A stretch of DNA of 63,887 bases, the filler included, from Vicugna vicugna (lineage: Eukaryota), in NCBI GenBank assembly GCA_013265495.1. It is 79 parts of 74 records of this genome, joined end to end, with 100 filler letters (N's around TTAATTAATTAA, not from the genome) between each part and the next. Parts side by side here need not be neighbours in the genome. Positions count along the whole stretch, not along the records: positions 37,131 to 37,611 come from PNXW01014879.1; positions 37,712 to 38,216 come from PNXW01014880.1; positions 38,317 to 38,812 come from PNXW01014881.1; positions 38,913 to 39,701 come from PNXW01014882.1; positions 39,802 to 40,707 come from PNXW01014883.1; positions 40,808 to 41,276 come from PNXW01014887.1; positions 41,377 to 42,064 come from PNXW01014888.1; positions 42,165 to 42,711 come from PNXW01014895.1; 71 more parts are not named here. One strand, 5' to 3'. Shown piece by piece: positions 37,246 to 48,618 of the stretch. The notes under the pieces are model-generated. The model saw nothing but the letters and a program-made list of their open reading frames with translations, had not been told where the DNA came from and ran no database searches. Within the stretch, counting starts at the first letter, position 1; each line of letters opens with the position of its first letter. The translations under genes were made by a program, and so were the position numbers.

Positions 37246-37711
37246 AAATGACTGTATTGGAGGTAGTATGTCTCCACTGTTTCCTCATTTCCATTATGTC
37301 ACAACCTATCAATTTTATTTGCTGTTTAACAACACAACCAAAAAACCTATCTTGGGAATTGATTCCATGGAAATAAAATTATTTCTACTCTTTCAAAACT
37401 GTTTTTCTTTTCTATTTTTTTGTTTTGCTTATTGAAATATTGAAAAAAAATCATTTTATTTCACGTATTTTTGTTATAGCTACATATATTAAATACTACA
37501 AAGAGATTTAAATTGCAATAAAAATTGTTCATATATCAGTATAAAGATTTATAAACAATCAATGCGGATTAGGAAAGGAATAGATATTTACTAAAAATCC
37601 ACTGCACATCCNNNNNNNNNNNNNNNNNNNNNNNNNNNNNNNNNNNNNNNNNNNNTTAATTAATTAANNNNNNNNNNNNNNNNNNNNNNNNNNNNNNNNN
37701 NNNNNNNNNNN

Positions 37712-38216
37712 GAACCTCCCCACGCTCAGGATTCCGGAACGATTTTCAGTGCGTGGCTGAGCTCGAGAGACCAATCCACGCATTTCTTTTCAGTCACAGG
37801 TGTTCCCTGATCGGGAAAGCCCGATAAATACCTTCCCTGACCTTGGGGAGGCAGCTTCTGTCACTGGTATATCCTGCAAAACCCCGTAATTTCCCTGGCC
37901 CAGAGATATTAGGAAAACCCTCAGGGGAGACGAGCTTAGGCTTTCCGTTAGAACCCACGCTCTGCCTACAGTTGGTGGAACCTCCCCACGCTCAGGATTC
38001 CTTAACCATTGTAATTGCTTGGGGGATCTCGAGAGAAACTCCACGCAGCTCTCTTCAGTTACAGGTGTTCCCTGTTCGGGGAAGTCCGAGAAATACCTTC
38101 CCTGAACTTGGGGAGGCAGCCTCTGTCACTGGGATAGCCTTCTAACCCCCCTAGCAATCCCTGGCACAGACAAATTAGGAAAACACACAGGGGAGACGAG
38201 CTTAGGCTTTCCGTTA
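37712..38216 (+). repeat. Satellite A (267-bp)
   Basis: About two monomers. Confidence 0.95.
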
Positions 38217-38316
38217 NNNNNNNNNNNNNNNNNNNNNNNNNNNNNNNNNNNNNNNNNNNNTTAATTAATTAANNNNNNNNNNNNNNNNNNNNNNNNNNNN
38301 NNNNNNNNNNNNNNNN

Positions 38317-38812
38317 TGACAGCAGCGCCTGTGTTGTAACTGAATCCCTTTGCTTGTCTTCACTGATGGTATGCCTAGGTGGGAGTTCGGGGGAAAGTGT
38401 GGTTTGGGATCCAAACCAAGTATTTGCGAGTACCTCTCTATGGTTAGTGGAGGTTTTTAAACTACATCCCTAACCTGGGAACTCCTCTGCCCACATATAT
38501 ACACGTGGACTCTGTTTCCAGACCTCCAGCACACACACGAACACTTGCACAGTTATCCTGAGAGTGGGCAGCCTCCTCCAATTGACAGCAGGGCCTGGGT
38601 TCTAATAAAATCGCTTAACTTGTCTTCCCTGTTTGGTTGCCTGATACGGAGTGCGGGGGAAAGTGGGAAGTGGGGGTTCTAAATCCAAGTATTAGCGAGT
38701 GCTTCTTCATGGGAAGTGGAGGATATTAACCAAAAACCCACATCCTGGGAACACCTGTGCTCCTTGTAAAATGCGTGGAATTTTTCCCCACCTCCAGCAC
38801 ACACATGAAGAA
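38317..38812 (-). repeat. Satellite B, reverse orientation
   Basis: tgacagcag.gcctg at 38317 and 38583 (266 bp). The reverse complement matches 9820-10050. Confidence 0.9.
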
Positions 38813-39365
38813 NNNNNNNNNNNNNNNNNNNNNNNNNNNNNNNNNNNNNNNNNNNNTTAATTAATTAANNNNNNNNNNNNNNNNNNNNNNNNNNNNNNNN
38901 NNNNNNNNNNNNCCCCTGTGTCAGTTAGATTTGTTAGTAAAACAATTCTTTTTCTTAATTAGTGCATCAGTGATGATTTCAAGATGATAAAAAATTTGCC
39001 CATGGCATTTAAACAGTTGCTTGTTCTCGTAATTCATGGCTCACGGTCTCGTACTTGTCACAACTGGAGAACTGTTTTCTGTGTGCAAATTCTCATTGCT
39101 TTGGGGACACAGAGACATGTGTCCTTACTGGATGGAGTATGATAGTAGTTGTTTGCATTCTCTCCCTAAATCTGGAGTCCTGTGTTATGATTCCTGTTAA
39201 CTTACAAAATATGAATATTGTTATTTACCTAAATAGCTAACTTCGCACCAGTGATGCATATCAAATTGGTCCAACTAGGAATTCCAATATTAAGTGAGAT
39301 AGTAATTTCACAACCCACTCTTCCAAAAATTTGGATTGATGGTTCAATTATACCAGGGACATTAC

Positions 39366-39525
39366 CTGTTTTAATTGAATCAATCATTGCTTTCTTCAAT
39401 AAAAGTTTCCATTCCATCTGCTCTTTTGGTTTATTGTTCTTCAGTGTTTTGTTTGCTTTCTTTCCCAAATATATGTGATTTTGGCTTTTGTCATTGAAAA
39501 TCCTTGGTGGTTTTGCTACCTCATG
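39366..39525 (-). other. Candidate coding exon, unidentified
   Basis: Acceptor cttcctctccAG, open frame HEVAKPPRIFNDKSQNHIYLGKKANKTLKNNKPKEQMEWKLLLKKAMIDSIKT, donor CAG/GTAATG. The frame stays open to 39229. Not recognised. Confidence 0.3.
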
Positions 39526-39801
39526 CTGGAGAGGAAGTCTTGTGACTGTTTTATAGTAATTTCATAGTTGTATGAGTGCTTAATGTCACCTTGCAGGGGT
39601 GTACAGACATAATGAAGTGTGTACATAAAAGGCTTAGTCTACACTGTGTGCAGGGTTACTGTGAGCAGCTCATGTCATCAGTAACATAGTTAATCCATTA
39701 CNNNNNNNNNNNNNNNNNNNNNNNNNNNNNNNNNNNNNNNNNNNNTTAATTAATTAANNNNNNNNNNNNNNNNNNNNNNNNNNNNNNNNNNNNNNNNNNN
39801 N

Positions 39802-40707
39802 CTATATTCTAAATTCTATATCCAGTATTCTGTATTCTATATTCTGAATTCTGTGTTCTGCATTCCTTGTTCTAAATTATCAGTTGTGTATTCTGTTTTC
39901 CTTATTCTATGTTCTGTGTTCTACATTCTATATTCTGTATTCTATATTATGCATTCCTTATTCTTTATTCTCTATTCTCTCTTCTACATTCTATATTTCA
40001 AATTTTATACTCTGTGTTCCATATTATATATTCTATATTCTGTATTCTACATTCTATATTCTAAATTATATATTCTAAATATACAGTATTCTATATTATA
40101 TACTCTAAATTGTGTGTTCTGCATTCCATGTTCTAAATTCTGTGTTCTATTTTCTTTATTCTATATTCTATATTCTGTGTTTTTCATTGTATTTTCGAAA
40201 TTCTATTTTCTTTATTCTGTATTCTATATTCGAATTTCTGTGTTCTGCATTCCATGTTATAAATTATTTATGCATTATATTGTATTCTATATTCTAAATT
40301 CTGTGTTCTTCATTCCATGTTCTAAATCTATATTCAGTATTCTGTATTCTGTATTCTAAATTCTGTTTTCTGCATTCCATGTTCTAAATCTATATTGAGT
40401 ATTCTGTATTCTATATTCTTAATACTGTGTTCTGCATTCCATGTTCTAAATTCTGTTTTCTGTATTCTGTATTCCATATTGTATATTCTGTGTTCTAAAT
40501 TCTATATTCTAAATTGTATACTCAGTATTCCTTATTCTTTATTCTATATTCTGTGTTCTACAGTTATTTTCTAAATTCTTTATTCAGTATTCTGTATTCT
40601 TTATTCTAAATTCTGTGTTCTGCATCCCATGTCTTAATTCTGTGTTCTATATTCTCTATTCTATATTCTTTATTTTGTGTTCTTCATTTTATATTCTAAA
40701 TTCTATA
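39802..40707 (+). repeat. Satellite E (heptamer)
   Basis: cattccatg at 40311, 40373 and 40435 (62-bp spacing). Confidence 0.95.
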
Positions 40708-40807
40708 NNNNNNNNNNNNNNNNNNNNNNNNNNNNNNNNNNNNNNNNNNNNTTAATTAATTAANNNNNNNNNNNNNNNNNNNNNNNNNNNNNNNNNNNNN
40801 NNNNNNN

Positions 40808-41276
40808 GAAGCTACGAAGTCAAAATAAATATTTCAGAGTGCATAGCTAACTGTTTTCTTGGTAAAAACAGCAGTCATACTCATGTTCACAACTCAGAAA
40901 TGCATGTTTGAGGAATCCGTGATGCATGAATCATGTTCGGAATACGGAATGCCATGGTTATGTAAACAATGTAAATTAAATGTGTTTTGGTCAGAATTCA
41001 CTCAAAGAGTGTTTTCTGGTGCCAAATGACGGATTTTAGAACCTGGTGAAACCTGGTGTTAGAAAAAAACTATGAAGTCTGAGTAAATATTTCTAAGTCT
41101 ATATACACCTTCTTTTGTGGCAGAAAGGTCAGTAATACACATGCTCACAAGCCAGAAACACATGATTGCCGAATCCGTCATGCATGTAGCATGTATGGAA
41201 CCCTGAGTGCCATGTTGTTGGGATTCATGTCAATTACATATTTGTCAGGTGGAAATAGCTCCAGAATAATTTTTCT
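40808..41276 (+). repeat. Satellite D
   Basis: Same unit, with a 10-bp duplication at 41040-41059. Confidence 0.92.
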
Positions 41277-41464
41277 NNNNNNNNNNNNNNNNNNNNNNNN
41301 NNNNNNNNNNNNNNNNNNNNTTAATTAATTAANNNNNNNNNNNNNNNNNNNNNNNNNNNNNNNNNNNNNNNNNNNNAATCTGGCAGGGATCCTGCCTGAA
41401 TTCCAGCCTGGGACAGTGGAGAACCCACCCAGGAATCATCATCTTAGCTCTCACCAAAAGGCAC

Positions 41465-41895
41465 TGTAATAGAGAAGAACAAATCTGACTCCATATTGGA
41501 TCTGTTCATTTTCCTTTTACCCTCTGCCGTGTTTTCTAGGGTTAGTCTTGCTATCTCTGCACCTTTTGTAAAACAATGTTGCCTTTAGCCTGAAATAAAG
41601 AGGAGAGCCTATTCTCAAAACTCTGACCTTTAAGGATATTAACACTTTTGCACTCCTATAAAGATAACAAGTTGCATAATAGAAAAAGTTTGTTTTGTTG
41701 CATGTTTTACAGGAACACCATGATCTGACCCACGTGGAAAGCTGCAAAGGATTCCAAGAACAAAGAAATCCTACACCAAGAAGTTTGCAACAACCAACCA
41801 CAGCCCCTCCCGTATTTACTAGAAAAGGAGCCTGAAGTCTGACTTGGGGAAGATGGTTCTCCAAGATATTAGTCTGCCATTATCTTGGTCTGCAG
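41465..41895 (+). mobile_element. ERV1 LTR (MER41-like artiodactyl type), 3'-truncated
   Basis: Starts TGTAATAGAGAAGAACAAATCTGACTCCATATTGGATCTGTT. The family name is from recall. Confidence 0.7.
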
Positions 41896-41934
41896 CTGTC
41901 TACGTAGACCAGGTCATAGTGCCTCTGTAAAACC

Positions 41935-42064
41935 TCTAACAAAACAAAAGTTATTATATTCTGCAATTGTTGTCTTTATATAAGTGCAAAAGTGTTTGTA
42001 TCCTTAAAGATCAGAGCCCTGAAAATAGGCTCTCCTGTATATTTCAGGCTAAAGGCAACATTGT
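41935..42064 (-). mobile_element. Second copy of the same LTR family, inverted
   Basis: The reverse complement aligns to 41573-41700 (acaatgttgcctttagcctgaaata...ggagagcctatt...ctttaaggata...aacacttttgcact). Confidence 0.8.
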
Positions 42065-42164
42065 NNNNNNNNNNNNNNNNNNNNNNNNNNNNNNNNNNNN
42101 NNNNNNNNTTAATTAATTAANNNNNNNNNNNNNNNNNNNNNNNNNNNNNNNNNNNNNNNNNNNN

Positions 42165-42576
42165 TCAAAAGGACCATCGGTTGCATTTACTGCTGGAGGA
42201 ACCGAAGGAATTTCCTTAACATCTGGATGAGTAGGAGCAGAGGGCTCAATATTTTCTATTTTTACAGTATCAAATTTCTCTCCCTCAGTGGCTGGGTCAA
42301 GGCAATCTCTAATTTGTTGCCACAAAGGAAGAATAGTATCCGGCATTTTATTCGGACCATTAGCAGTATAATAGTCTCTCAAACGAACTCCAACAACCTT
42401 CCAAGTTTCTAAGTTAATAGTACCTTGCTCTGGAAACCAAGGACAAATTTCTTCTACAAAAACCAAGAATTGTTCTAAACGTTGTTTCGAGACCTGAATT
42501 CCTCTTTCTCTTAACATTACTCTAAGCATTTGTACAAACAATCCTTTGCTAATCCTTTGCTATGATTTTGCCCCAT
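42165..42576 (-). pseudogene. gag: Betaretroviral (class II ERV) gag: matrix domain and PSAP late-domain region, frameshifted after codon 8
   Basis: ATG GGG at 42576 (myristoylation Gly2). Removing one copy of an 11-bp duplication gives MGQNHSKGLFVQMLRVMLRERGIQVSKQRLEQFLVFVEEICPWFPEQGTINLETWKVVG...IRDCLD...EPSAP. CPWFPxxGT is the betaretroviral MA signature. Confidence 0.93.
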
Positions 42577-42680
42577 ACTCTCAAAATACTCTCCCCGCGA
42601 GAATTTACTTCTACCTTTCCAATATGGAGCTCCTAGTTCCTATCGCGGCGGTCACTGCAGCAGCCTTTTGCAGATTTCAG

Positions 42681-42698
42681 GTCCCTGTTCGGGCGCCA
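42681..42698 (-). promoter_or_regulatory. Retroviral primer-binding site for tRNA-Lys3
   Basis: The minus strand reads TGGCGCCCGAACAGGGAC (18/18 Lys3 PBS), 2 nt after an LTR end ...GGCACCGACA (CA terminus at 42701). Confidence 0.95.
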
Positions 42699-42811
42699 CT
42701 TGTCGGTGCCANNNNNNNNNNNNNNNNNNNNNNNNNNNNNNNNNNNNNNNNNNNNTTAATTAATTAANNNNNNNNNNNNNNNNNNNNNNNNNNNNNNNNN
42801 NNNNNNNNNNN

Positions 42812-43914
42812 GTTACAGTGCAAACCGAAGGAACTTCAAACCGGCACTAGGAAACACGTTGAGAAACCAGAGTATATGTTTATCCTGCAACCCGTTCCCT
42901 TTGTGCTGGATGAACGAACGTCTCTCCACATGCTCAGTTCGGAGAGAAAAGTGTGTGTGAAAGCCGTCCTTCACCTAGCTTGAAGGGAACACAAAGTTTC
43001 TTNNNNNNNNNNNNNNNNNNNNNNNNNNNNNNNNNNNNNNNNNNNNNNNNNNNNNNNNNNNNNNNNNNNNNNNNNNNNNNNNNNNNNNNNNNNNNNNNNN
43101 NNNNNNNNNNNNNNNNNNNNNNNNNNNNNNNNNNNNNNNNNNNNNNNNNNNNNNNNNNNNNNNNNNNNNNNNNNNNNNNNNNNNNNNNNNNNNNNNNNNN
43201 NNNNNNNNNNNNNNNNNNNNNNNNNNNNNNNNNNNNNNNNNNNNNNNNNNNNNNNNNNNNNNNNNNNNNNNNNNNNNNNNNNNNNNNNNNNNNNNNNNNN
43301 NNNNNNNNNNNNNNNNNNNNNNNNNNNNNNNNNNNNNNNNNNNNNNNNNNNNNNNNNNNNNNNNNNNNNNNNNNNNNNNNNNNNNNNNNNNNNNNNNNNN
43401 NNNNNNNNNNNNNNNNNNNNNNNNNNNNNNNNNNNNNNNNNNNNNNNNNNNNNNNNNNNNNNNNNNNNNNNNNNNNNNNNNNNNNNNNNNNNNNNNNNNN
43501 NNNNNNNNNNNNNNNNNNNNNNNNNNNNNNNNNNNNNNNNNNNNNNNNNNNNNNNNNNNNNNNNNNNNNNNNNNNNNNNNNNNNNNNNNNNNNNNNNNNN
43601 NNNNNNNNNNNNNNNNNNNNNNNNNNNNNNNNNNNNNNNNNNNNNNNNNNNNNNNNNNNNNNNNNNNNNNNNNNNNNNNNNNNNNNNNNNNNNNNNNNNN
43701 NNNNNNNNNNNNNNNNNNNNNNNNNNNNNNNNNACAAAGATTCTATTCAGTTGCAAACTCCAGTCATTACATATATATGAAGAGGAACAAACTTCAACAC
43801 GGTTTTACAGTGCAAACCGCAGGAACTTCCAACCGGCACTAGGAAACAGACTGAGAAACCAGAGGAAGAGTTTCTTCTGCAACCCGTTCCCTTAGTGCTG
43901 GATGAACGAACGTC
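42812..43914 (+). repeat. Satellite C (248-bp)
   Basis: Both ends match the monomer at 13267-13514. Confidence 0.93.
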
Positions 43915-44014
43915 NNNNNNNNNNNNNNNNNNNNNNNNNNNNNNNNNNNNNNNNNNNNTTAATTAATTAANNNNNNNNNNNNNNNNNNNNNNNNNNNNNN
44001 NNNNNNNNNNNNNN

Positions 44015-44917
44015 AACTCGGTTTTACAGAGCAAACTGCAGGAACTACAAACCGGCACTCGGAAACAGTTTGAGAAACCAGAGTAAGTGTTTCTCCGGCA
44101 ACCCGTTTTCTTTGTGCTGGATGAACGAACGTCTCTACACATGCTCAGTTCTGAGAGATAAGTGTGTGTTAAAGCCCTACGTCACCTAACTTGAAGGGAA
44201 CACAAAGTTTCTTTACAGTTGCAAACTCCACATCATACATATATATCGGGAGGTATAAGCTCCAACTCNNNNNNNNNNNNNNNNNNNNNNNNNNNNNNNN
44301 NNNNNNNNNNNNNNNNNNNNNNNNNNNNNNNNNNNNNNNNNNNNNNNNNNNNNNNNNNNNNNNNNNNNNNNNNNNNNNNNNNNNNNNNNNNNNNNNNNNN
44401 NNNNNNNNNNNNNNNNNNNNNNNNNNNNNNNNNNNNNNNNNNNNNNNNNNNNNNNNNNNNNNNNNNNNNNNNNNNNNNNNNNNNNNNNNNNNNNNNNNNN
44501 NNNNNNNNNNNNNNNNNNNNNNNNNNNNNNNNNNNNNNNNNNNNNNNNNNNNNNNNNNNNNNNNNNNNNNNNNNNNNNNNNNNNNNNNNNNNNNNNNNNN
44601 NNNNNNNNNNNNNNNNNNNNNNNNNNNNNNNNNNNNNNNNNNNNNNNNNNNNNNNNNNNNNNNNNNNNNNNNNNNNNNNNNNNNNNNNNNNNNNNNNNNN
44701 NNNNNNNNNNNNNNNNNNNNNNNNNNNNNNNNNNNNNNNNNNNNNNNNNNNNNNNNNNNNNNNNNNNNNNNNNNNNNNNNNNNNNNNNNNNNNNNNNNNN
44801 NNNNNNNNNNNNNNNNNNNNNNNNNNNNNNNNNNNNNNNNNNNNNNNNNNNNNNNCTTTGTGCTTGATGAAAGAAAGTTTCTCCACATGCTCAGTTCTGA
44901 GAGATATGTGTGTGTGA
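44015..44917 (+). repeat. Satellite C (248-bp)
   Basis: One full monomer plus a fragment after the gap. Confidence 0.93.
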
Positions 44918-45017
44918 NNNNNNNNNNNNNNNNNNNNNNNNNNNNNNNNNNNNNNNNNNNNTTAATTAATTAANNNNNNNNNNNNNNNNNNNNNNNNNNN
45001 NNNNNNNNNNNNNNNNN

Positions 45018-45207
45018 TTCTGTCTCAGGAAGAGTACTCGCTGGACCTTCCTGACATCTCCAACACAGGCAGCTCTGTGGATTTTTTTTAAGTCTCTCCT
45101 GCGGATGTGGTAGCCAGGCTGTGAATTCCTGTGGTCTCTCTGAGGGCTGATGGTACAGCCCACGGGTGACTCGCAGTTCGCATGGCAAAAGCAAAAAATC
45201 GGCTCAT
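45018..45207 (-). pseudogene. ANKRD26-like: ANKRD26-family first coding exon, apparently frameshifted
   Basis: ESPVG...SQPGYHIRRRDLKKIHRAACVGDVRKVQRVLFLRQ matches the ANKRD26 N-terminus (ESPLG...[34 protein letters not shown]). The ATG at 45207 (MSRFFAF) is out of frame with it. Confidence 0.85.
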
Positions 45208-45632
45208 TATCTCTACGAATAGGCTTTCCACCACCACTGGGGTCTGGCTGGGAAGCTGTGTCCGTTGGACTCTATCCGTACACAGTAACCGCAGCCTAGC
45301 AACGCCGATGCAGTGCCCATGAGCCTCGGAACCCCGAGCCCTTGCCCGTGTGCACAGAGGCCCTGAGGCCCAGCACGCCCCGCCCGCACGTGCCAGCCCC
45401 AGGCATCTCAGATCTCTGCTGCTACTTCTGGGCCACACTGCTTTCCTTTCAAATGTTGCTGCTACTTGGCTGGCTGGTTCAGGACATTTGCAGAATTTAG
45501 ACTCACCGGACAAAGACGTGTTGGCATGTGACTGGTCATGGAGTGGCGTGGAGCTTCAGGATGCTGAGGGCCTCGTCCCCCAGAGAGCTCCCCCTGAAAA
45601 CTCTTTCAACCTCCTTACCCTTCAGTTTATTC

Positions 45633-45932
45633 CTGTTGTCAACTGAAATAAAGTCACACAAAATAAAGTCACACAATAAAGTTCTGGGTTAAGTCATATT
45701 GGCGGCAAAATGAAAGCTCTGAGATATTCTTCCAAAGAAGCAAAGGGAAAACTCAGTGTCATACAGGATTTCAGTGAAGGGGGGCACATGCAGTCAAGCA
45801 CACACTCAGACAGAGGCTGTTGCTAGTCACGAGGAGCAGATGTCACAGTCAATGATTTTCGTACTTTTCTAGATATGAGGAGACGTGAGACTTTGGGCCA
45901 TAAAATCTTCTCCTGAAAATACCTAACTGTCT
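45633..45932 (-). mobile_element. ERV LTR fragment upstream of the ANKRD26-like exon
   Basis: cacgaggagcagatgtcac...cttttctagatatgaggaga...cataaaatc...cctgaaaata.ctaact resembles artiodactyl ERV1 LTRs. Orientation is tentative. Confidence 0.6.
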
Positions 45933-46032
45933 NNNNNNNNNNNNNNNNNNNNNNNNNNNNNNNNNNNNNNNNNNNNTTAATTAATTAANNNNNNNNNNNN
46001 NNNNNNNNNNNNNNNNNNNNNNNNNNNNNNNN

Positions 46033-47120
46033 TTGATCCCAGAAAAACCCTCTTGGAGCGAATTTTATCCTAGAGATCTGTAATTTGAATACATTCCATC
46101 TACATGGTATTCCCTGATCCGTACATGCTACATACATGACGGATTCGACAAATATACATTCCTGAGTTGAGGTCACCTGGATTACTAATCTTTCCTCCTC
46201 TGTAAAGTAATATTTTCATCTAGACACGTGTACACATTTTCACAAGCTTTCCCTAAAACCAGGTTCCAATTCGTGCATTTTTCACAAAAAAATATTTCTG
46301 GAGCGATTTCCACCTAATAGGTATGTAATATAAACAGATATGTAATTTACATGTATTCCAACAACATGGCATTCCGGGTTCCGTACATGCTACATGTATG
46401 ACGGATTTGGCAATCATGCATTTCTGACTTGTGAGCATGTGGATTACAGACCTTTCACCCTCCGAACAAGGCGTATATAGACTTAGAAATATTTACTCTG
46501 ACTTCATAGGTTTTTCCTATCACCAGGTTCTAAAATCGGACATTTGGCACCAGAAAACACTCTTTGAGCGAATTCTCACCAATACACATGTAATTTACAT
46601 TGTTTACATAACCATGGCATTCCGTATTACGAACATGTTTCATGCATCACGGATTCCTCAAACTTGAATTTCTGAGTTGTGAACATGCACATGACTGATG
46701 TTTCAACCACCAAAAAAGTTACCATTGCACTCTGAAATATTTACATTGACTTTGTACCTTCTTCCTATCACCAGTTTCAAGAATCAAAATTTGATCCCAG
46801 AAAAACCCTCTTGGAGTGAATTCTTCCTTAGACATATGTAATTTGAATAGATTCCATCTAAATGTTATTCCGTGTTCCTTACATGCTACATACATNNNNN
46901 NNNNNNNNNNNNNNNNNNNNNNNNNNNNNNNNNNNNNNNNNNNNNNNNNNNNNNNNNNNNNNNNNNNNNNNNNNNNNNNNNNNNNNNNNNNNNNNNNNNN
47001 NNNNNNNNNNNNNNNNNNNNNNNNNNNNNNNNNNTCGTGAATTTAGAAAAAGAGTTCTGGAACGATTTCCTCCTTACAGATATGTAATTTACATGAGTTC
47101 CATCAACATGGCATTCCGGG
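46033..47120 (-). repeat. Satellite D
   Basis: ttgatcccagaaaaaccctcttggag at 46033 and 46791 (758 bp, including a short duplication near 46322-46345). Confidence 0.93.
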
Positions 47121-47220
47121 NNNNNNNNNNNNNNNNNNNNNNNNNNNNNNNNNNNNNNNNNNNNTTAATTAATTAANNNNNNNNNNNNNNNNNNNNNNNN
47201 NNNNNNNNNNNNNNNNNNNN

Positions 47221-47719
47221 GTATCACACTACTACTAAAACTGGAACAAATACCTCAAAAAATTAAAGGTAAAATACTACCGATAAGCACTGATGTAAAA
47301 GCATCACTGAAATGTTAGCAAAGCAAAAAATACATTAACAGGATTATATATTATGATAAAGTCAATTTTAATCCAGGGATGCAAAATTGTTTCACTACCT
47401 ACAAATTAATCAGTATGATACACCACACTACAAATTAAAGTATAAAAATTATATAGTCACATTAATAGAGTCATAAAATTTTTTGACAATTCATCAACTA
47501 TTTAAGATTATATTTCTCCTCAAATTGGGCATGAGGAAACACACCTCAACACAGTTAATGTCATATATGACAAGAACTCAGCTAACTTGACCCTCACTGA
47601 TTAAAAGCTGAAAGCATCCCCTGTAAGAGCAGTAAGAAGACAAGAATGCTCACTCTTACAACTTTTATTCAGTATACTATTGGAAATTCTAGTCATAGCT
47701 ATCCAAAATAAATGGAAAT
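47221..47719 (+). mobile_element. Decayed LINE-1 ORF2 (RT) fragment, paralogous to 811-1250
   Basis: ccagggatgcaa, acctcaacac, aaaagctgaaagcat and agacaagaatgc.cactctt landmarks. Confidence 0.85.
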
Positions 47720-47819
47720 NNNNNNNNNNNNNNNNNNNNNNNNNNNNNNNNNNNNNNNNNNNNTTAATTAATTAANNNNNNNNNNNNNNNNNNNNNNNNN
47801 NNNNNNNNNNNNNNNNNNN

Positions 47820-48618
47820 TAGTCACAATGGCCATCATTCAAAATTTCACAAACAATAATTTCTAGGAAAGCTTTGGAGAAAGGGAAACCTCCTACACTG
47901 TTGGTAGTAATGTAGTTTGGTGCAGTGATTGTGGAAACCAGGATGGGGATTACTCTAAAGAATAAAAATAGAGTTAACATATGATCCAGCAATCCCACTT
48001 CTGGGTATATATCAAAAGGAACCCTATTTCAAAAAGTCACCTGCACCACAAAGTTCTTAGCAGTGCTATATACAAAACCCACGACATGGAAGCAACCTAA
48101 TTGTCCAACAACTGATGACAGTATTCAGAAGTCATGCCATATTTACACAATGGAATAATATTCTGCAACAAAAAATGACAAAACAATGACATTTTCAGCA
48201 ATATAGATCTCCCCAAAAAGTGTCATTCTAATTGAAGTAATCCAGAAAGAGAAAGAAAAATAATACATGACATGACATATGTGGACCCTTAAAAAAAATT
48301 TGGATGAGGAAACTATGATTTCATCTACAAAACTGAGACACACTCACAGATTTACTAAACAATTTTATGGTTACTGCGGAAAGAGTCTGGTAGAGGATAT
48401 ATTTGGGAACTGTTCATTTATAAATGTCATCCATTATATATAAAAATAGATGTTTTCAAAATTTCTTTTCTATGACACAAGGCAGTAAGTTAAATACTGT
48501 GAAGTAATATTTAATAGGCACACAAATATATGCATCTTCGGGGACATGCTCTACACCACAGATTGACACATTCTAAACGGCAGTACTTCAATGATAAATA
48601 AATGAATAAATATGTAAA
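47820..48618 (+). mobile_element. LINE-1 3' end (ORF2 C-terminus, 3' UTR and A-rich tail)
   Basis: ggagaaagggaaacctcctacactgttggt, catatgatccagcaatcccacttctgggtatat, acacaatggaata and a terminal aataaatgaataaa. Confidence 0.92.

Noticed and set aside
39853..40359. Hydrophobic 168-aa ORF (YSVFYIL repeats) resembling a membrane protein
   Set aside because: It is a translation of the heptamer satellite.
32568..42711. pol (32.6 kb), LTRs (41.5 kb) and gag (42.2 kb) forming one provirus
   Set aside because: They lie on different scaffolds and belong to different ERV classes (class I pol versus class II gag).
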